From positions 26,102,001-26,166,000 of the forward strand of contig NC_043015.1 of NCBI RefSeq assembly GCF_006345805.1: a stretch of 64,000 nucleotides of DNA, read 5' to 3'. The stretch is from Octopus sinensis. Its lineage: Eukaryota. Under the pieces are notes generated by a model. That model ran no database searches, was not told the DNA's origin, and saw only the letters and a program-made list of their open reading frames with translations. This document shows, piece after piece, positions 56,098 through 64,000 of the stretch (position 1 is its first letter; each line of letters opens with the position of its first letter). A program made the translations under genes and the position numbers.

Positions 56098-56826
56098 ATA
56101 AAAGAGATACCCGAAGAATAGGATATCTGACTCGCTAGAAAGAGCAGTTAAAACTCCAAGCCACCAATTGTTGTAATACCGAAAGTGATTGAAAAATAAA
56201 AACGTTTACCTTAATCATTTTAACTGCTCTTTCTAGCGAGTCAGATATCCTATTCTTCGGTATCTCTTTTGTTTTTGAACGAACACTGTATTCTTCTCTG
56301 AATAATATATAGTCTATTGACTAATTTTTTGTCGCTAATCCACTGGTAACTAAGAATTTTTCGATAAATATTCTTGTTACCCTAAGATTTAATTAAGCAA
56401 GTCTGCACAAACAGATGCTCTTATATATGCACAAGAGCGCGCGTTTTCCATTCAATAATGCAATTGCATGAAACACGCATAATCAGGCATACACAATTTA
56501 CACACAGGTATACGTAGAAATATGTATATATACACGTGTCAGTAGGTGTATTATTCATGTCCCTGTATAAACACATATGCACACATATATATTACTCGAA
56601 ATGTGGAGTACAAGAAGAACCGACAACCGATGAAGGGTCGTTCTTTATGTTACTTGCCTTGTTTTCCATTTGTTGCTCACGTTGTTCGTATATCCAAATT
56701 TGCCTTCGTATTTCATGTTGTTTACGTTTCGTGACGTCCTGTACCCATAAATACATATATACATATATTTTATTTATATTATTATATGTTTGAAGCCCAC
56801 GCATCCATTTCCATATAAGTATACAC

Positions 56827-56861
<35 letters not shown>

Positions 56862-56902
56862 CACACACATATGTGTGCGTGGGCGTGTATGTATGTATGT
56901 AA

Positions 56903-56936
<34 letters not shown>

Positions 56937-57733
56937 GTATTTACATACATACACGCCCACGCACACACATGTAAATGTATATATGTATATATATATGTGT
57001 GTGTGTGTGGTGTACATAAAAGAGATACCCGAAGAATAGGATATCTGACTCGCTAGAAAGAGCAGTTAAAACTCCAAGCCACCAATTGTTGTAATACCGA
57101 AAGTGATTGAAAAATAAAAACGTTTACCTTAATCATTTTAACTGCTCTTTCTAGCGAGTCAGATATCCTATTCTTCGGTATCTCTTTTGTTTTTGAACGA
57201 ACACTGTATTCTTCTCTGAATAATATATAGTCTATTGACTAATTTTTTGTCGCTAATCCACTGGTAACTAAGAATTTTTCGATAAATATTCTGTTACCCT
57301 AAGATTTAATTAAGCAAGTCTGCACAAACAGATGCTCTTATATGCACAAGAGCGCGCGTTTTCCATTCAATAATGCAATTGCATGAAACACGCATAATCA
57401 GGCATACACAATTTACACACAGGTATACGTAGAAATATGTATATATACACGTGTCAGTAGGTGTATTATTCATGTCCCTGTATAAACACATATGCACACA
57501 TATATATTACTCGAAATGTGGAGTACAAGAAGAACCGACAACCGATGAAGGGTCGTTCTTTATGTTACTTGCCTTGTTTTCCATTTGTTGCTCACGTTGT
57601 TCGTATATCCAAATTTGCCTTCGTATTTCATGTTGTTTACGTTTCGTGACGTCCTGTACCCATAAATACATATATACATATATTTTATTTATATTATTTA
57701 TGTTTGAAGCCCACGCATCCATTTCCATATAAG

Positions 57734-57784
<51 letters not shown>

Positions 57785-57814
57785 GTGTGCGTGGGCGTGT
57801 ATGTATGTATGTAA

Positions 57815-57848
<34 letters not shown>

Positions 57849-57920
57849 GTATTTACATACATACACGCCCACGCACACACATGTAAATGTATATATGTAT
57901 ATATATATGTGTGTGTGTGT
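56094..57920. repeat. Near-identical tandem duplication, period 918 bp, each unit opening with a 53-bp hairpin
   Basis: GTACATAAAAGAGATACCCG at 56094 and 57012; units differ only by 1-2 bp indels and microsatellite length. Confidence 0.95.
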
Positions 57921-57924
57921 GTGT

Positions 57925-58128
57925 GTCTGTGTCTGTGTCTGTGTTTGTCCCCCCGATGCTGGTGTGTTTATGTCCCCGTCACTTAGCGGTTCGGCAAAAG
58001 AGACCGATAGAATAAGTACTGGGCTTACAAAGAATAAGTCCCGGGGTCGATTTGATCGACTAAAGGCGGTGCTACAGCATGGCCGCAGTCAAATGACTGA
58101 AACAAGTAAAAGAGTAAAGAGTAAAGAG
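57925..58128 (+). mobile_element. SINE 3' half (family of 36816-37337)
   Basis: Near-exact reverse complement of 36816-37030. Confidence 0.92.
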
Positions 58129-58249
58129 TATATATATTTATACAGAGAGTGAGAGTTATGATGTAGAATGAAAGCTGTAGACACGCTAATATGTACATAT
58201 ATATAATGTGTGGGTGAGCATGTGCGTGTTTCAAGTGAGGCTGGATGAG

Positions 58250-58638
58250 TATATACGTACAGGCGTATATACATATAGGCGTGGTTGCGCGGGCACGTAT
58301 GTGTAGGTATGGACGTGTGCGCTTACACGATTATTATGAACATTTTTACTCCCTTACCTTTACTCCCTCCCCTCACTTAGCGGTCATTCTAATAGCTCTT
58401 TTGTCTTAGTAACGGTCAATCACACAGTAATTTCCCTTTGTTTAACGGTCATTTTCATTGCATTTTTTTCAATGGCACGATAACTGAAGAGATGACGGCG
58501 TGGGTTTCCGCCCCGACATCCGAAGCTCGGAGTTTTATCATGACTAACGAATAATTGTCACATTATATTTATAGATAAATACCTCTATTTACATAACATC
58601 GAGGTCTCTTTCATTTTTTTGCTGTCTTGCCATTTCTA

Positions 58639-58645
<7 letters not shown>
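58250..58645 (+). mobile_element. Diverged copy of the 18990-19818 repeat family (PLE-pLTR-like)
   Basis: Shares TTAGCGGTCATT, ACACAGTAATTTCCCTTTGT.TAACG, GATAAC.GAAGAGATG, GAGTTTTATC, GAATAATTGTCACAT; ends in (TA)n. Confidence 0.8.
58479..58539 (+). ncRNA. Type I hammerhead-like motif
   Basis: Stem I GAUAA/UUAUC; CUGAAGA 58484-58490; stem II GAUG.CGG/CCG.CAUC plus one extra C; GAAG instead of GAAA; stem III CUC-G-GAG; GUU triplet. Confidence 0.55.
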
Positions 58646-58704
<59 letters not shown>

Positions 58705-59425
58705 GTTTACATGTGTAAGTGTCTGTGTGCGTGCGCGCGTGCGTAGGTGTTTTGTGAAGTGAGCTTATACAGAAATCTATGCAAAATACAAATATATGAG
58801 CACCGTGTCAGATGTCTTGAGCACTACTATTCGAAGCAGCCAAGAAGTTTTATAGGATTTATCTGGAAATTTCTTGCATCAGTTAAAGTTTTCCAAAAAA
58901 ATGATATGAAATATTTTCCCTTCTTTCTCCTTTATTTATCCAACAATATGTTTCCTGATATTAAATGTCTACAATATTACATCAAATTTCACTCGAATTA
59001 CTAATTTCTTTGATAATACTTCAATAGAAAAATTATTTTTCTTCTTTATTGCTAAGGCCCCACCACCATCACCTTCAACACACACTAAAAAGAAAAAAAA
59101 TGGACTGGAATTGATAAAAAAAATGAAGCAACAAATTCCTAAATCAATCGAGCGATCGATAAAAATATAATTGAATAAGATTTCCTCAAAAATGTGTGAT
59201 GCTATATATAAAACCTTGGCGGATATATATATATATATGTATGTATATATATATATGGAGAGAGATAGATATAGTTGTATATGTAATATATATATATACA
59301 TATTTACGTGTGTGTGTGCGTGTGTGTTTCTGTATATGTATATTAATATTAATCCTATTTCATATATTCAAATAGACCGATGAGTGTCACTGAATGTCGG
59401 TGTGTGCGTGCGTGTGTGTGTGTGT

Positions 59426-59463
<38 letters not shown>

Positions 59464-60379
59464 TGTGTGTATGTGTTCACGACATGAAATTTTCTTTAAA
59501 AAGAAACTTCAAAATGTGTAGCTTTGTTATTCACGATTTAGTGATTTGTTAGAAGCAAAGCAAATACTTCAACAGAGCGGCGTTTGATTTGGTTGAATAG
59601 TGTAACATTATTATGCACGTCTGTTCGAGTTTCGCTCACTAAGTGTTCGAAATATTTGAACGAAAAATTCAGTTTTATCGTGACAAAGTATAAAACTTGA
59701 GATACAGGTTAAACGTAAATTTGTGGTTAGTCTCATGCTTGTAACAAGAAAAATACGGCGGTTGACTTGCGTTAACCATTTAGAATCTTTTAATAAATAT
59801 TTCTGTGTTTGCCGTTTACAAGATGTTAAACTCAGAAGAATTCCTATGAAACAATAGATAATTATTTTCATCGAAGTATCACAACCGTCGTCAATCCAAA
59901 TGTATATTTGGAATATCTTAGCATCGTATCTTCTAGCATAGTGCCTATGTGGATTAAATAGTAGATATATTTCGAAAAATTAGTTTCTGTAGGTGTTTCA
60001 GGAATAATGCACGAGATTGATGGTAGAATCACTATTTAAATGGATTCTCAGAAAGTGCAAATAAGATGTAGAGTTGTTATGTGTAAATATGTACTATGTA
60101 TAAGTAACTATTGATTTCTAATTATAATTTATTAGAAAATGATTAGACATCATAATTCATTAAATGTAAAATTTTATAAACCTACTCAAGAACGGTAAAT
60201 GCCGAATTACGGTGTTTAAAAAATATATTTTTACTTTAATGATTATTTCGGTAGTAAATGTTATAGTTAAAAATTAACTTGAAATATTATAAAATGGAAA
60301 GTACAATTTAATTTTACATGGTTTCTAAAGAATTATTACCATTATTAATATTATCATCTTCTTTCAGTTCTGTTTCCAT

Positions 60380-61192
60380 TTCTTGCGAGTGTCTTCCTAA
60401 CATCTAGGGCAGAGAATCTCACTCTATACATTGGTAGGCCATTAAAATAAACACACCAGATTGATCGTCTGCAAAGTCATGTGACAAAGAACAGGGACAA
60501 GAAAGACAGAAAGAGAAAGAAAAGAAAGGAAAATGAAAAAAAATAGTAAATTAATAAAATAAAGGGGAAAAAAGGGAAGAAAATTCACCGTGACAATATT
60601 CTTCCCCGTACGTGTGACGTACCAGTTATGACAATCTTTACACTTCCTGCATGGATGGTAAGCCAGGCATAATTCTTAAATAATTTTCAGTTGTTTTTTA
60701 ACCATTCCAGTTGCTCCTGCAATCACTGTTATAATAGCCATCTAGAGATGCCATAGTTTTTCGATTTCAATCAATAAATCTTTATCTTTTCTGAGTTTAT
60801 GAACTTCTTTTGCCGAGATATTATGGTCACAGGGTACGCTCATGTCAATCAATAAGCATTTATTGTTTTGGTCTTTCTCAACAATATCTGGTTTATTAGC
60901 TTTGATTGTCTAATATGTACACACTGGGAAGTCCCAAACAATAGTTAAATTTTCTCCCTCAGTTACAGCCTCAGGGTGGTGCTTGTACTATTTGTCAGCA
61001 GTTTTGATTTTATAGTGCTGACACATTATCCAGTGTAGATATTAGCTAACCCTGTCATGTCTTGATTTGTTCTCTACAAATTATAAAAGCTTACATCCAG
61101 AGATTAAAAGGTCCGCTATTTCAATCCCATAGTTGCAGTATCGGCAATTTGGGCCTCCATTTTTCATCACATTGGCTTAACACTTCCGGGTC
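60380..61192 (-). mobile_element. Decayed Dong-like LINE 3' fragment (zinc knuckle + RLE)
   Basis: ANVMKNGGPNCRYC, RHDRV, IVWDFP, ANKPDIV, CLLIDMSVP, DLLIEIEKLW, GTSHV; parallels the 53590 ORF. Confidence 0.85.
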
Positions 61193-61202
61193 GGTAAGCT
61201 CA

Positions 61203-61355
61203 TCGCTACGTTCCGAGTTCTAATTCAACCGAGGTCGACTTTGCCTTTCATCCTTTCGGAGTTGATAAATTAAAGACCAGTGAAACACTGGAGTCGATGT
61301 TATCGACTAGTCCTCTTCCCCAAAATTTCAGGTCTTGTGCCCTATAGTAAAAAGG
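61203..61355 (+). mobile_element. 5'-truncated SINE ending in (ATT)n
   Basis: CCGAGGTCGACTTTGCCTTTCATCCTTTCGG core. Confidence 0.85.
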
Positions 61356-61503
<148 letters not shown>

Positions 61504-62509
61504 GATCGGCTTGTCATCCACGCCGTTCGTCCTTCCTGGGGTGACAAGACAATCACCTTAATTCAAAGGTCGATGTAATCGACTTAACTATATATTTATA
61601 TGGCTTTGGGGCAATGGCAGGAATATTTGTGATTAGCGTGGTTTGGCAGAACCATTATAGTATCCGGCCATATCTTTTACGATATTTCTTTTCCAGCTTC
61701 TTAAGTCTTCAGTTAAATTTCTTCCGCTGTCAACATCACTGTTCATCCTTCCACGGAAGGTAAAACTTTGAATGAGTCTATGTTCTGGGGTCGATTAAAT
61801 AATCTTAACTTCTCCAATAAATTTCTGCTTTGTACTTGAGTGAAATCTAATTGTCATTATTCATAATTTTTATTTTTTTGATTTTTATAATTTCGCCATC
61901 AATACCATTTATGTTTTAAGTCTTCATTTTATTAAGGTGTAGCTTTTTTGAACGGTAATGCATCAAATGAAATATTGCAGAAATTTATACTATTATTTCA
62001 GACTAAGATACTGATGGTTTTGAAGCCCTATTTATCAATTTAACTTTTCATTTTGGTTCGAAGAATATTTTTTTATACTAAGAAAGTAAATATCTATAGT
62101 TTTGCCTCAACAGTTTTTTAAAACGAAATGCCTTAAATAAATCAATTTGATATTTGTCACACCAATTAACCATTGGGTAGCCATATTATGTAATTTCGTT
62201 GTAAACCTCACTGTTTATTATCAAATTAATAAATAAAATATATAAAAATACAGTAGAGATCAGTCCCGAAAATGGTGCTGAATCTACGCAATTAGTTACA
62301 AGCAACTGATTAGAACTTTTTTCTAATTTTATTGATCTTTACTGAAGTAGAACAATGATTGATTTGCATGCAAGATTATTTTGATATGAAAAACAATTAT
62401 CAAAACACCACTTTTTTTTTCCAAAAGAAGGATTTGTCTTAAAGCAACACTTAGTTACTTTTATCTCTCTTTTACATCATTCGGAAGTTATCTTTCTTAA
62501 AGTCTTGCA

Positions 62510-62780
62510 CTCATTCCCTCTAACCTCTAAATTACAGGGATGTAAACAAGCAAATACCGGTTGTCAAGCGGTGTGATGTGCAACAAACGAAAGCAACATG
62601 AAACACAGAAGCACATGGCTAAACGCGGCAGGCTTCTACACCGTTTCGATATATTTCACAATGCATTAAGTGGCCAGGGGCAATTGTGACAAACACTTGC
62701 GAAAGTTCTATCCAGTGAAACTGAAGGTGAAACCACTGGCTGCGAAGCGAACTTCTTAACCAAATAACTATGCCTGCGAT
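62510..62780 (-). mobile_element. Degenerate SINE (family of 36816-37337) without internal microsatellite
   Basis: GGGA.GTAAACA..C..ACCGGTTGTCAAGCG tail part; ACACTTGC, GAA.CCA, CTTAACCA head remnants. Confidence 0.6.
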
Positions 62781-63708
62781 AACACCACACTTGGCGTCCT
62801 GTCTGAAGTTTCTAAGAAATTCAATTGTAATTAAATTACAATAATCAATGATGGCTAAAATTTGTAGATTTATTCTAAATTATAATGCATAATACAAAAC
62901 CTAATTTTCTCGGATGTGTAGAAAGTACTTTACAAAGTCAAAGATAATATCTAAAAGAGATTTGTTCTACTGTTTATAAAAGTATCCGTTTTAAAGTTAT
63001 AGAAGTTTTGCACCACACTGATTTAAATGTTTCATCCTACAACAAAATACTGTTTTTAGTTATTAAAAAATTATAACTAATGGAGTCGGGATGAAGCTGC
63101 AAAGATATACAACTTAAAAGCAGTGTGCTGCCGCTTAAACATGGATAAGGACTGGAATATTTTCCTAGCAGATGTTATGGAGTTACACTCTAGAAATTCT
63201 TTCCTTGATTAGCCTACTCCATATATTTTTTTCATTACCATTCTTCAAATATTCGTGTTACGTTCGAAATTATTATCTGGGTGTTCTTATGTTTTTCGTC
63301 TTCTTTCTTATGTTTGTGTATGTGTATGTGTGTGTGTGTGGGTGGTGGGGAGTAAGTATTATGTTTATTATTATCATTTTATTTTTATTTTTTGCATTCA
63401 ATCTTTTATCAAACTATCCTTTCATTGAGGACTAGAGGAATTGCCGTGTTTCCGAAATGCAATTTGGGGGAATAAATGAATAAATAAATAAATGAATAAA
63501 TAAATAAAATAAATAAATAAAAACAACATAAAGGGGGAAAACAAGAGGACAATAAAATGTATCAAGAGATATTGAAAAGCGTCATGTGCCTGAAAAAGGC
63601 GGGAGTAGAAAAGATGAAAGAAGAAACATGAAAGGTGAATATACATGAACACACACACACGCGCGCGTACACGCACACACACATACATAAGCATGTACAC
63701 ACACACAC

Positions 63709-63797
<89 letters not shown>

Positions 63798-64000
63798 CAT
63801 AAGTGTGTGTCTGTGTGTACGTTAGCGTGTGTGCTTGTGTGCGTGTTTATATGTGTATCAAAAGAAGGATGAAAGCGGTAACATCAAAGGTAAATATGGC
63901 GGACAAATCTTCAACCCAAACGAAGGAAACAATATACATGACCGACATGCGATAAACCCAGAATTACCCACTACTCTCTCTCTCTCTCTCTCTCTCCCTA

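Noticed and set aside
56094-57920. CRISPR-like or satellite array
   Set aside because: Only two long units; no repeat-spacer pattern; eukaryotic context

Overview
AT-rich, microsatellite-dense animal genomic DNA. The SINE sequences and repeat make-up suggest a coleoid cephalopod (Octopus-like); this is inferred from pattern recognition, not from a database search. No host gene could be identified with confidence, and there are no rRNA, true tRNA or CRISPR features. Most short ORFs in the track are translations of microsatellites. The window is a transposable-element graveyard. It holds Penelope-like elements (an RT-only piece, a cryptic GIY-YIG piece and several solo pseudo-LTRs carrying hammerhead-ribozyme-like motifs), four R4/Dong-type RLE LINE copies (one with an uninterrupted 639-aa ORF), several RTE fragments, a full-length 1284-bp mariner, Tc1/mariner remnants, a MITE and many tRNA-derived SINEs. 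The most interesting signals are: (i) four unrelated small elements sitting in (TA)n tracts, each with a type I hammerhead core; (ii) a ~530-bp non-coding element with a defined 5' end, stacked head-to-tail with a young Dong LINE in a (TAA)n tract; (iii) an R4/Dong copy embedded in (TACA)n; (iv) several foldback structures, including ~720-bp diverged inverted arms around a candidate exon. Identities quoted are by-eye estimates.
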